Below are positions 47,987 to 60,622 of a DNA stretch of 64,000 bases, in pieces. Below the pieces are notes generated by a model that saw only the letters and a list, made by a program, of their open reading frames with translations, searched no databases and had not been told where the DNA came from. The position numbers were made by a program, and so were the translations under genes. Within the stretch, counting starts at the first letter, position 1; every line of letters begins with the position of its first letter. Source of the stretch: Lingula anatina (taxonomy: Eukaryota > Animalia > Brachiopoda); contig CM120640.1 of NCBI GenBank assembly GCA_051362555.1, positions 39,658,788 to 39,722,787 of the forward strand, written 5' to 3'.

Positions 47987-50143
47987 ATATTGAAGTCCTG
48001 TTTTGATTAAACTAGATTTGGAGGGTTTGGTATATCTCATTTTGAATTGAATAGTGATATAAAATGATATTTTGGCTGGGTTCACATACATGAACAGTAA
48101 TGCCAAGATTTTCTTTACCACAGCTTTGAATTTTCAAAATTCCAATTACCAAATGCTATGCTTTATCTTCTAAAATTAGTCTTAAAGCTGGTTAACCATC
48201 CATCTGATCATCACACCTTTACCGAGCTGTAATTGCCCAATACAAATGTTGGTACTGTAGCAGTAGAGTACTGCTATTGTATAAAAATGACAGTAGCTGA
48301 CCGCTACCCCCCCCTTTCCTCAAACCGCCCCTGGCATGGCCCAGTGTGTACAGTTACAGTACACAGGTACTTGCCAAATGATGCACTATTTTTCCCATCA
48401 TAGGGACATAACAGCTCTCTCGCGCTGCATCTGGAACTCTCCACCCTACGTGGATTCCCCATCTTGCACCATTAGATTCTCCTCAGTCTGCATTGCTCAG
48501 GGCCTGCTCATTTATTTTCAGTTGTTCATGGCTTTAACACTCTTGATTTATTTGACTGAAGTGTTGTATGTTCTTGCACATCATTATAAGTGCCAATTTG
48601 TGGGCGCAATTTTTTTTTTTTTTTTTTTGATGATTCTAACTCGATGTCTGTTAGCAGTGTTGAATTAGAATGATCTATAGCAGGCAGTCACCCCCTCCCT
48701 TTTCCTTTTCCTAAGGTTGTCTAAAACTACCTGTGCTTGCTTGAATCTGATATTATCTATAACACTGAACATAAAAAAGTTCTCTGTGGGCTATAATTTA
48801 AGGTTTCAAACAGTGGTTTTGATTTTCATTATGAAGACACCAAGTCCAGCACCATCTATTTTAAGAGAGAAATTCTTATCAACCTTGTATGATAAAAGAA
48901 GCAATTTTTAAAAATCTATACAGATATGGAAATCCTATTCTTTGTGTTCTCTGTGGAATTTGAAATGCAGCTTGAAGTTGCATTTGCAATTCTGGCCTTT
49001 GCTAAGATGCTAATAGTGTTCATATCGATCAAGAAAATTGACAAAAAATTGACTGTTGAGTTTATTTTACAAATGGCTTCCTGCTCATTAAATTATTTCA
49101 TGTTATTAATGTTTATCGATAACATGAAATAATTTAATTAGCAGGAAACCATTTATGAACTCGATTTTAATTAAAACAGTATCTTTTATACATCTTCATT
49201 GACTCAGAGATGGTGTCAATAAGCAGAGGCTTATATACTGAGTGGAGTTTGCATCATGCTTTACATTCCAGAAGGGATATAAAGCAGAAGAGTGATAGTA
49301 AGAGGAACACCTTTCAGAGCTTTATTTTCTTAAAATCTAAAAGTAATGCAATTTTCTTGCAAATTTCTCAGTATTGCTGTATTATTAAGATGGTATGCTG
49401 TAGTGAGGAAATAAACTTTTTCTCAGTCATGGAGATATGTATTAGCAATGTGTGTGCTTGTACGTGCTGTGCGTGCCTTCATGAGAAAGACAGAGAGGGA
49501 ATTTGGTTCAGATACTAATACCAAATATATTAGGTATAGTGTATGAGTCACAAATCTTGATGCCAAAGATTCTTTTCCAGATACTTTGTCTTGTGGTGAT
49601 ATTTGTATATAATTTTTTTTCTCTTCATTAAATATCTTGGTTCCTAATAAAAAAATGATTTTGGTTGAAAGATTTTTTCTGTATATTTCCCACTCATTTA
49701 TGTAGGTTGTTCTGATATCATGCTGGCTATAAATTATATAACAATTGTGTTATGAATTGAGTATTAAGATTGGATGCACACAGATTTCCTGTCAGCTTAG
49801 AGCTAGGACAGCAAAATGATGACTGAAAGTGACCACCTAGACCGAACTTTTCCATGGTTCTATTAATTATATAGATTATTATCTGCTGTTTGAGTCCATC
49901 TCTTTGTCTAGAAAGCAGCCTGCCATTGTCTACATGTTTAACATCAATACCATGTTATATATGTCAATGTGTCTTTCTAAATGCCAACTGGGAGTATAGT
50001 TGGTTTCATAACTTTCACCTGGTAAATAGAAATGCGTAGTACACTATTTTGTCATCCATTTGCAAGATCACATTTAAAGCCTGCCATGTTGACAAGCTCA
50101 CCATTGTCTTGTACACTAACAGAGATTATTGTTTTTCTTTCAG

Positions 50144-50332
50144 TCTCTGGCTATATCAGACGCTGAGTTTCCTCTGTCAGGCAAGATGGCGTCTGCCAGC
50201 AGTGTGACCAGTGTTGCAAGCGATGCCAGTATCCATGTTGACGTGTGCCAGAGTGACCTGGGACGTGTGGCAGGGTGGGCAGTCAGCTTTGAGAAATTAC
50301 TGGCTGATCCAGCTGGACAGGCTACTTTTACA
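50144..50332 (+). CDS. RGS12: RGS12 exon, start of RGS domain (GRVAGWAVSFEKLLADPAG)
   Basis: TTTCAG| ... ACA|GTAAGC, 189 nt, phase 0-0; R12-family motif. Confidence 0.93.
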
Positions 50333-50657
50333 GTAAGCACTGTTGGTCTGCATACGAATGTTCTTGTTCAACTCATTTTTGTGTGAATTGCTTCTTTTTT
50401 TTTTCATTCCAGATATTTTTTTGTCTTTGCTATAGCAACATTCAGTTGAATAAATCTTCTCAAATAGAAATTCAGTAAGAAATGATATTAAAAATAAGAA
50501 AGAACAGAAAGGTAGTCACTGTGTTTTTGTCAGGTTTCTGGATATGTCATCTTGCATGATTACATTAATGTTGTGCTTTTCATTTATTTAAAAAAACAGT
50601 GCTATATAAAAGATAAAGTCAACAGCCATATCTACAGCATTATTTTCTCATTGACAG

Positions 50658-50744
50658 GAATTTTTGAAGAAAGAATTTAGTGAAGAAAACATGCTGTTTT
50701 GGATCACCTGTGAGAAGTTTAAGAAAATTTCCTCCCCTGCACAG
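50658..50744 (+). CDS. RGS12: RGS12 exon, RGS domain ([22 protein letters not shown])
   Basis: GACAG| ... CAG|GTAAGA, 87 nt. Confidence 0.95.
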
Positions 50745-53495
50745 GTAAGAAAACCTTTCGCTGTACATATACAGATAAAACATATCACACACCATATCTC
50801 CCCCTTCTGTATGTTGTATGAGTATATTTCTCCTCCTCCTGGGTATGAACATATATCTTTTTAACCAGGTAGGGCTTGGGCGACCTCACTGATGGTGGGA
50901 ATTCAGAGTCTGTGTCTACAAAAATAATGTTCATCATTGTGTCTGTCAGTTATACATATTGTCAGTCATGAACCCCAACTCAATAGATTGTGTGGAGGGG
51001 GGGGGGGGGGGGGGGGGGGAGGCTGGGGTGAATGATTTTTAATGACCTAGTAAGAGTACAATAACATTACACAGGGAATTGGCACACTGCTGTGGGCAAC
51101 AGAAAAGAGGTCTAAGGCATTTAAAATTGAGGTTGATAGCATTAAGACAGTGATTGATTTTTGCCTTGAAAATAGGGTTGCGTCTTGGGTTACAATTGAC
51201 GTAAAAAGTATAAAACTGAACAAGATAGGGGAGTTGACTGTTTTCATGCGAGCTGAATAATGAGCCCTCAAACATATATCTGAAACTAGTTTAGCTCATT
51301 GTCTGGAATTACTCTTTTTAGATCTATCATGGAGACATGAAAACAAAGAAATAAAAATACCACATGGATACAATTTGTTGAATTGATGCAAAATAAGGCT
51401 TGTAACTTTGTATTTATTTGTTATCTCTAGGTGGATATGTTATGGATACACCACAAGCTGACAAGGTGTATGTGACATATGCAAGTGCATAGCACTGACA
51501 CATAAGGATATCACATACATCCTGATGATGAGTGGTGTATCTGATTTATAATATGGAGGTTGTCGAAAATAAAGTAAAGAATAAAAAAATCTTGGTGAAA
51601 CTTGGTTCATGCATAATGTGTGTGTATACATGATGGGCAATGCTTGGATCATTTCTACGATATGAACAGAACCATAATGAATGAAAAAGGGATCTTACCA
51701 GACAAATAATTCTTACTGAATGTATGCTTTGTAAAGAAACTTGGTCTAGCTTCCAAATGTCAGTATCTCAAAAATGGGGTGATAAGATCTTAAGGGCTAG
51801 TTCAATTTTCCCTTTTTGGAACCTGTCTGTATTTGGCAATTGTTTTAAAACCGCTGATGTGCATAATTTAATTTTATCACTTTTCACCAGTATTGATTTC
51901 ATAATGGGGAAAACACTTGATTAACATAATTACATTGTAGTGCCATTATTGAGGATTGCACTTCAGTGTTTAATACATGGCTTTGGAGATCACTTTGCCT
52001 TCCTGTGCATAATGAATACGTAAGCACAATGAGAATTAATGTTTTTGGATCACTAGTGGACGGAAACAGAACAATTTAAATAAGATAAACACAGCCTGAG
52101 TTAAGTGTTGTGAGTTATGGTTATTTTACTTATCATAATACATCCCTGTTGTTGTCCAAGGGTGAAATGAATATAGGTGTGCAAAGCTTCTTTACAGTTA
52201 AATTTTGAATACTTTGTTAAATTGGAGAGAAGTGGATTGAAGGAGTCTAACAAGGATTCCAGATACATCACATACCAATCAATCATGATTATCTTAAAGC
52301 AGCTGATATTTTTTGCACTTTTTATGAAATCTAATCCTATCGAACAATGAGTTTGGCAATTTGTGTTCCACTTTGTACCCACTTCTTTTCATAGCGGCTT
52401 AGGGTTAGATTACTGATCATTTTAATGTTGTACACCATGTATCATGTGGTTTAATGAGAAATTTCATCCTTGATTTCACAGGGTGGCTTTAAAAACTATA
52501 ATGATTGGCGGTGCTGCATTTGAAAAATAAATGGAAATATTTGTGGTAAAAGACATCATATCAGTATAACTGGTGTTGTGGTACAAATGTTCATGTTTTT
52601 TTTAATGCTCATTGAATTTAACTATGTTGACTATAATGATGATTTTTACCTCGATGCTTGCTGCTTAACCAGAAACCAAATCTCAAAATGAGAATTTTTC
52701 TCTGTGAGGGTAGCTCATTTGCTTTTCAGGATATCTTTGAGCCGGGTCATGGTTTTGACATTCAGCAGCATAAAAAAAGGCCTCCATTCCTATGTAATTC
52801 AATCTATTGATTACAATGCAGCATCCGTAATGGACATTTGCTTGTATTTTCTAAAAGTTCATGATATTTATGGTTTCACCATAGAAGTGTTCCCAGTCTG
52901 CACTGTGTGTATTTATTTGGTTGCCAGCCAGAAAAATTGGATGAATATTTATTGACTTACAGTGTATTGGAAAGGCTGGAGAGAAAAATAAAATGATTCC
53001 TCCTTCAATTAACTGATAGGGGTGTATAAGGTGATGTGGAGTTTAGGATCGGCAGGAATAACCATAATGATTGTGTTATGATTAGATGATGTGTTGAGTC
53101 AATACATGGGTGATAGAAACCTAGATATTATAAAGTATAAGAGATTCTCGAATTGAATTATAACTAATTTTTTTAAAACAATTTTAAAGTATTTTGATTA
53201 TTTTAAACCCCATGCTTGAAGATTTCTTTTACATTCAATCTACTTGGTTAGATGTACTAGTACTTTAAAGATCTGGGTGGCCTTCAGATTGATAGATTAA
53301 TTCAGGAGATGTATCATGGATTTCTGAGAATTTATTGCAAGGCAACCACGGACTGACAGGTAATGCCATTAGCAAAACTGGAAGCGAGTTAAACCGTGTG
53401 ATATGTAAAACGCTCATTGCTCTACAATGTTACTCGAACAATTATTTCACTTCACAAGACCAACTGTTCTGAATAAATGTGTTTTGCTGATTTAG

Positions 53496-53642
53496 ATGAA
53501 GGTCCGTGCTCAAGAAATCTTCAGCTGCCACCTAGCCACAGGTGCTACAGAGCCGGTGAATATTGACAGTGTTGCAAGGAAAAGAGCAGCAGAGTGCCTA
53601 GAAAACCCTGTCCCAGACATGTTTGACATGTCACAGCAGCAG
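53496..53642 (+). CDS. RGS12: RGS12 exon, RGS domain (IFSCHLATGATEPVNIDS..PDMFDMSQQQ)
   Basis: TTTAG| ... CAG|GTAAGA, 147 nt. Confidence 0.95.
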
Positions 53643-54078
53643 GTAAGACGTTTACTTGACACGTGGTTAAGACTAACAGTTATACTAAGTTAGGTTTCTT
53701 GTCTCAAGTATAATTTGAATAGGCTAGTTTTGAACTAAAAGTCATTGTTTGACCTATAGATACACCTTGTTTTCAAATTGTTTTATGTGTTTAATGGTAA
53801 TAAAGTGCTGCTGTAGGTTTGTTTGGCACATTCATCAGGCATATTTCTTCGTTGAAGGATATTTTTATCAGTTAAAGAGTATAAATCTCAGAGCGCACAC
53901 ACTTTTTATTTTGTTCAATTTTTTGCAATAGATTAATCATGTCTAAAGTGTCTTTACATGTTTTTTTACTTAACAGATATGAAATGTCAATGTAGAAAAC
54001 TTATTTAGTCTCTTTACAAAAGATTTAATTTCCCATCATTACACAAGACTTAAGTGTGTTTTAATATACTTTTTGCAG

Positions 54079-54213
54079 ATCTTCAGATTAATGAAGACTG
54101 ATAGTTATGTTCGTTTCCTGAAGTCTGACATGTACAAAGAATGTGTGGTAGCTGAGATGGAGGGACGGCACTTACCATATCAACCTGAAGACAGCGATGA
54201 GGATAAAAGAAAG
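54079..54213 (+). CDS. RGS12: RGS12 exon, end of RGS domain ([22 protein letters not shown])
   Basis: TTTTGCAG| ... AAG|GTACTT, 135 nt. Confidence 0.95.
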
Positions 54214-54226
54214 GTACTTGTTGTGT

Positions 54227-54394
54227 CAGGGGTGGATTGAGGTCGTCTTCTGGGTCTTCCGGAAGACGGTCAGATTTTCAAATTTACATTGACAGGTATC
54301 TAATTTTTTCTATCGGAAGATGGTCAAAAATGGAGGATGGATCAACAAAGCTAATTTGGAAGACTGTCAGAAAATATCTCTGGATCCGCACCTG
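54227..54394. mobile_element. 168-bp MITE, same family as 4397-4549 (opposite orientation), 5-bp TSD
   Basis: TGTGT|CAGGGGTGGATT ... GGATCCGCACCTG|TGTGT. Interior TTTACATTGACAGGTATCTAATTTTTTC is the reverse complement of the 4397 element interior. Confidence 0.88.
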
Positions 54395-54403
54395 TGTGTG
54401 AGG

Positions 54404-54405
<2 letters not shown>

Positions 54406-54458
<53 letters not shown>
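54406..54458. repeat. (GA)n microsatellite
   Basis: Direct reading. Confidence 0.95.
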
Positions 54459-54464
<6 letters not shown>

Positions 54465-55666
54465 AAAAATGAATGTGTGATTTCATAAAAATTATAAAGA
54501 ACTCATCCCATTTCATTTTGAAATTATATTTGAAACTTGTGAATGTCCAAAACCCGACCTTTTGCTAATGCAGCGTATATGCATCTAGTTTTCCTTCCTT
54601 TTAATGACATGGTGACACTCTAGGGTATTTTTTTAAAAGTGAAGGCATTGTTATCAGGAATTAAATCAAGAGTACTTGTTTCTTAAACCAGCTTTATTTC
54701 TTGTGCGTGAATCAGTCTATGGATCAATATTGTGAAAACAGTTTATGCTGTTCTTGTCGATCCATGGGGAACTGTTGCTAAAATTGATAGGTACATCATT
54801 TCAACTTTCATGGCGTTCAGTCAGATAAAACTTGTCTGGGAAAATGGCAATGTTGTGTGTTTTAGAAACCAAAAGATATTTGTAGAATTTTATGTAGATG
54901 GTGTTAAAAGGAGAAAAAACATTGCCATCTGAAAAGGCTAATGTGTTGCCACAGTGGTCAACATGGTTCGCCAGAAGTGTCGTGACATTTTCCTTCATAT
55001 ATAACTTCATCATTATTTTCAGTATCATTTTGACCCGAGATATACACGGTATTACCTTACAAACCTGTATAAATAAAGAAGGAAATATTATTTTGATGTG
55101 CATCACTTGAAATGAAAAAGCAGGAAATATTTTCTAAAAAATAAAAATAAAATAAAATAAAGACTGAATATGAAAAATTGTTTTTGGAAAGGTGGATTTA
55201 AAAATGCATTCACCTGTAATTTGTAGTACTTGATTTAAGAAAGATGTGAGCACTGTGTAGAGGTTGAAACCTGCGGAGATAGAAACTAATGGTGTAACAT
55301 GGTAAACAGATTAGCAAAGGCTTCCATGAAAACATTTCATGCAGAGAGATGGCAGTGATGTGATTCTAAAAATTTACACAGTAGCAAACGGAATTCTTCT
55401 GGGAAAAAAATTAACTTTGTAAATGTTATCTTCTTCGGCTCTGGTTATCTGACTTGATAATGTCATTAAACAGTAGGCAAAGGATGAAACCTGCCAGTTG
55501 ACTAGGCTGGCAAGAATGAAAACTTATTAAACTATTCCCATGTGTACATTGTATAGGTTCAGTAATTTACAGAAATTTTTATTTGCTTAGAAACTTCTAG
55601 GGGGTTAGTGAAAGTACAACTGATTGAATAAAATTCAGCAGTGCATCTGCACTAAAATGACTTTTT

Positions 55667-55668
<2 letters not shown>

Positions 55669-55752
<84 letters not shown>
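55669..55752. repeat. (GT)42 microsatellite
   Basis: Direct reading. Confidence 0.95.
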
Positions 55753-55754
<2 letters not shown>

Positions 55755-56281
55755 ATGTGCAAAAAGCTAAAATGCCGACTGATTTCATTATGCATGGAGA
55801 AAAAATAATCCAATTTTGTAACACTAGTAAGCCTGGTGCTTTTTATTGAAATTAGATAACAGATTTTACTGACGTAAGAGCCACCTTAGGCTTAAATTAC
55901 GTGTATCACCATGGATACTGTCCCTTAATGAGTGAGTGATTCGGGTCTACATGTAGGGACTCCAGGGTATGAGAAAGAAACTCAGCGTGAAAACTCTGCC
56001 TTCTTTAATGAAAGTCTAGCACATATCCTTGGGTGAGAGAGCCTGTGAGCTCTGCATGGAAGACATAAGCAAAGATGTTTTTCAGGAGATATGAGTTTAT
56101 AAATTGAATTCATATATTTATAGTGTTTCTGATTGACTACTCATATGCCTGCATAATTGAGACTTATGAAATTTTTATTGGTTTTTATCTGAAGTGTTTA
56201 CAATGTAGAAATGCTTCAATTTATTATTGGTTTGATTTACATTCTATTCTACTTATTTTGCTGTTGTTGTTTGTTTTGTAG

Positions 56282-56351
56282 CTAAGAAAGAAGGCGAGCA
56301 CAGATGGTGAAGAAGATGGCAAAAGGAGGAAATCTTTGCTACCATGGAAAG
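56282..56351 (+). CDS. RGS12: RGS12 exon (LRKKASTDGEEDGKRRKSLLPWK)
   Basis: TTTTGTAG| ... AAG|GTATAA, 70 nt, phase 0-1. RRKSLLPW resembles the post-RGS motif of Loco-type proteins. Confidence 0.87.
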
Positions 56352-56617
56352 GTATAAATAATATGTTATTCTTGTCAGTGGAAAATAGAGAAATGTGTAC
56401 TTTTTTAATGAAATTAAGATGATTAACTTTCTGTTAAATTCATATCATATATATGGCATCTGTGTAATCAACTAGCTGATATATCCCACTTACTTTACAT
56501 CCACAGTTATTCCCTCTGGCAAAAGGGATCTTATATTTAATTAACATATAAATTATAAATTGTGTTTGGGATCTTAGTTCTGGATAGTTTAGGCAGTGGG
56601 GCATATTATATTGATAG

Positions 56618-56754
56618 GTAAAGGCAGTAAGAGACCCAGTGGAAAAGGTAGCAGTGGTAGTACCAGTGACTCTGAGAGGAAAGGAACCATGAAGAGTTCT
56701 CTGGCCTCGGCAGATCTCAGCATGATGAGCAAGGAAATTACAGGATCACAAGAG
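56618..56754 (+). CDS. RGS12: RGS12 exon, Ser/Gly-rich linker (GKGSKRPSG..ITGSQE)
   Basis: GATAG| ... GAG|GTATTA, 137 nt, phase 1-0, restores the frame. Confidence 0.78.
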
Positions 56755-57028
56755 GTATTAGATCAGGGCGAATTCTGTTTTATCAAGTAAAAACATCTGT
56801 TCTCTTAAGTTTGCCAAAGTTGCAGAATAAATTTAAAAAAAAAAAAAAAAAACAAAGCAAGGCATACAATGATGTTGAGAATTTTGTACAGCATGGACAT
56901 TGGTGCTAGTGGTTTGTTGTAATTAAGCGCATGCTGTAATTATATTCTTAGCATATAGTTCCTAAAACAATGACAATTTTGCTAAGACTCTTGAATGTGC
57001 ATTGCTGATCTTACGTGTTTTACTTTAG

Positions 57029-57229
57029 TCCCTGAACAAGGATGACACCAGCTCACAAGGAGATAACAAAGAGAATTACAAGTTGTGTCGAGTTATCCTG
57101 CCAGATGGAGCCACCACTGTGATCTATGCCAAGCCAGGCCAAACTGTCAAAGATGCAGTATTGTCACTGTGTGAGAAGAGAGGGTTGATACTAGCTACTT
57201 TAGATGTACTCATAGTGGGCTCAGAAAAG
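57029..57229 (+). CDS. RGS12: RGS12 exon, Ras-binding domain 1 (LCRVILPDGATTVIYAKPGQTVKD..LCEKRGL)
   Basis: CTTTAG| ... AAG|GTCAGT, 201 nt. Confidence 0.93.
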
Positions 57230-57399
57230 GTCAGTATAGCAAATGCTTTGGTCATTGGCATTTTTGAAAAATTATCATAGGTTTACAAATATAGTTTTTT
57301 AGATCCAGTATTTTAATTTTGATTTTATTTTTATCTATGTAGTTACTTAATCTCCCCATTCTCCATTTTAATTGTGTTTAAATTATTATTATTTTCTAG

Positions 57400-57597
57400 G
57401 CTCTAGACCTACGCAAAGACATCTCTAGTCTAGGCTCCAAGGAGATCAAGCTGGAGTCTCGGGTGCTGTTCCGTCTTGATATGCCAAATAACAAGTCTAT
57501 TGGTGTGAAAGCTAAGCCAACACGCACTGTGAAGGAGGTGTTCAAACCTATACTGAATAAATATGGCTATAAGATTGAGAACATGGCCATGTTTGTG
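57400..57597 (+). CDS. RGS12: RGS12 exon, RBD1 end / RBD2 (RVLFRLDMPNNKSIGVKAKPTRTVKEVFKPILNKYG)
   Basis: TTCTAG| ... GTG|GTAAGT, 198 nt. Confidence 0.93.
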
Positions 57598-57836
57598 GTA
57601 AGTTGAACCAATCTGGTTTAGTACAAGGAACATTTATTGTTGCAAATCTGTTTAAATGAGCAAGATATTTTCCTCAGTTGAAATGATACACATTTGAGAT
57701 TCTATTTTTTATCACATTTTCAAAAATGAATTGTAGCTAATAGTCTTTTGGCCGTGAACAGTATTTTAGAATGATCAGGTTAGTTTTGAATAATATGTAG
57801 TTTGTTGATGGAGAAAGACATGTTCCTATGTTACAG

Positions 57837-57927
57837 GCAGGACTTGGTCATCCTCTGGATCCCAACATGTTGGTATCAGTGGTAGAGAACCAAAGAGTTA
57901 TAGTTCAGCCAGCTGAGGACTTTGCAG
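57837..57927 (+). CDS. RGS12: RGS12 exon, RBD2 end (AGLGHPLDPNMLVSVVENQRVIVQ)
   Basis: TTACAG| ... CAG|GTTGGT, 91 nt, phase 0-1. Confidence 0.88.
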
Positions 57928-59936
57928 GTTGGTGATGGTGTGCTCAGAGCATGCTTACTGCAGTGTTGACTTACCACTTGTGCTCATCTCAGCATGTACA
58001 ATATTAATTGCTTGGTTGTATAATATTAAATGGACGAGATGTTTAATCTGGGAATATTGTTATTGATAATTATGTATCCATAGCAGTATTAAGCATCAGC
58101 TTTTTCATGTGTCAGTATATCTCATATAAATGTGAAATTGCCTTAACTTTATTAAATGTTCTTAGCATTGAGATGGGGTTAATTGGCACTAGTAGATGGT
58201 ATATAGGAAGTGTGATTTGCACACAGTGGGGTGGGTGGGAGTGAACCCTTTACTATAGCTTCCCAATGGAAATGGCCAAATCAACTAACCTGAGCATTCA
58301 TTTCTAACTTCACATATCTAGGGTCTAGATCACAGAGAGGTGAGTCCTTAATGTAGGTGTTGGTGATGATACTAATATGTATACGTATATATAGCACATG
58401 GTTGCATACACATGGTGATTGTCGGGAGTGGTTTTGCTTGGTTTGGAGGAGTATGTAAGCACGTGTGTGTGATGCAGGCATGTGTGTGCGTGTTTGTCAT
58501 TGCATGTCTGCAGTTGGAGTGCAGCGGGCACGGATTATTTATGTTTTAATGTTTACACATTGGAAAAACTGCACCTCTCCATTTATGAGGGAAGACAGTT
58601 ATACCTGATTCTCTTGAATTTCGGAAATAGTGAAAAAAGTGCTATTAAGGTTGTTTATATCCACATATCTTTATGCTGTTTGAGGAAAACAGTGCAAGAA
58701 TACAAGTTGCTTAAGAGTGAAGCAGTCAGTTTTCTGCCAATCACTCGAATGGAAATGTCTAGCAAAACTGATGAAAGGCCAGACATTTTAATCGCAGAAT
58801 TTTGATTGTGTAGAAAACCACTAAATTGATTGTGTCCAAAGCTGAGAGTTCTCTTGAGAACAAATTTGATTAGTAACAGTATTTTCTCCAATCCCCAGTC
58901 TGCTGTGCTTGGCTGCTTTTGCTTGGTGAATGGCTCCGCGGATATGCATGGCTACATTGTACTTGCTTTTAATGTGGATATAATAATAGCACTAGCAATA
59001 CTGAAGACGAGTTTAGAGGGGAGAGCAGGATGAGAAACCAGAAACTCAGACATGGGATTTAATCTTGTCTGCTGCATTTGACAGTTTTGCTAGTAAATAT
59101 TGATTGGTAATGAGTGAGTGGTAAGTTATTATACATATAGGCAGGTGCAATTACAGGTGTGCCTTGTACCTGAGGTGCAGCATGTGCTCTTCGGCGTTTA
59201 TATCAGGTCATATCTCAACTCTGATCTATATTTCCCTTTCCCACTTCTTTCCAAATTACCCACACAGGTTGATAGAGGAAATACTTAAAATGTAGCCTTA
59301 AATTATGTAGCATGCAGTTCTCCTTACTTCATTCCCTTTTCCTCAGTGACATGTATTTCCTGTTTGGTCATAATTACTTGGAATTACCTGGAACTAACAC
59401 AAACATCACTGTAGTATAGTATTGGAAATAGTCTTACCTCTGCTGTATTTTTGTAATTATTGTTGCATGTTACAGCAGATATTAATTTTGTTCCATCAGC
59501 ATGTTTGTGATTAGTGACTGCTTTGTCACTGTCATTTGGCTTTGTTATTAAGGCAGGTTCCTTCCAGTTTAGACTATATACTGAGTCTAGTTGTAATCCA
59601 GACCTCCCTGACTGTGCATCCCCTAGTGAACACACCTGACAAGCCAATGCTACTTGCCTTGTGCTTGTTATTTTTTTAAGTCCATATTAGTCAGAAGGTC
59701 TAAACACTTAATTTTGTGGGATATTTTGCTATTTTGACATTTTCGGGACATTTTGAAGCCACATTTCTGAAACTTTGCCTAAGCTCAACTTTCTGAAAAA
59801 TTATTAATTTAAAAGCATTGAAGTTAATGATGGATTATTCTGTGGATTAGATTTGGCCTATTACCTTATAAGACATTTTTAGAAAATTCATTTCTTCCTG
59901 GAGTGCCAACTAATTTTACACTTCTATTTCCTTCAG

Positions 59937-60139
59937 AATGGGGCGGAGGATATGAGTTACACAGGACAAGTATAGGCAAGCCGCCATTGCCCCGCCAGCG
60001 GCACAGCGTTCCTGCTCCACCTCTAGCATCTAAGGAGGATGCCTCTGGTAATGCCTTCCAGGAGATGATAGAAGGAAAGGGGGACTGCTTGAATGGCTTT
60101 GATGAACTAGGGATATTAGACCTGGACAGAAATGCCAAG
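59937..60139 (+). CDS. RGS12: RGS12 exon (EWGGGYELHRTSIGKPPLPRQ..FDELGILDLDRNAK)
   Basis: CCTTCAG| ... AAG|GTAGTA, 203 nt, phase 1-0. Confidence 0.82.
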
Positions 60140-60402
60140 GTAGTAGAACTAAATTTCACTTGGATATCCTTTTTTTCTTCTGGACAAATGTAATCAATAT
60201 AATAGTGGGAAGAATAATAAATTATTTTCATTTTATATAGTAATTTTATAGTATAACTTGGTTCTTTTTATTGCAACAAGGCCATCTACTTCTTTGGGTC
60301 TTATATGCAGCTTAAATTTGTCTAAATTTTGTATGTTAAGTGGCACTAGGTTTAATAAGTGTGCTAAATAATGTATTGGCATTGTATATTAATTTCTTTT
60401 AG

Positions 60403-60622
60403 ACCGATGACAGATCTAGCAGTAACCGATCCTCTGGAATATTTAGTCTTATCAGAAGGAACTCTGTGGGAGACAAAATCCAGAGCAAAAAGAGCAAAGA
60501 GAAAGTGGGAATTCCCACATCATCCAGTGCTAACAGTGGCATTGCAACTCAGCGGAACTCCATGATAAAGAAAGACGGTGCAAATGGCACGGCTGTGAAG
60601 AAGAAGAGGTCAAACGCTGAAG
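60403..60622 (+). CDS. RGS12: RGS12 exon (TDDRSSSNRSSGIFSLIRRNSVGDK..KKKRSNAE)
   Basis: TTCTTTTAG| ... AAG|GTATGT, 220 nt, phase 0-1. Confidence 0.85.

Noticed and set aside
48336-48366. Second alternative first exon (MAQCVQLQYT, CAG|GTACTT)
   Set aside because: The donor is phase 1, but the next exon (50144) needs phase 0.
55597-55824. ORF with (TH)n repeat
   Set aside because: Translation of the (GT)n microsatellite.
60047-60053. Alternative donor CTG|GTAATG inside exon 59937-60139
   Set aside because: Phase 1 would shift the frame of exon 60403; the 60139 donor keeps it open. It could only work with skipping to 63948, for which there is no evidence here.
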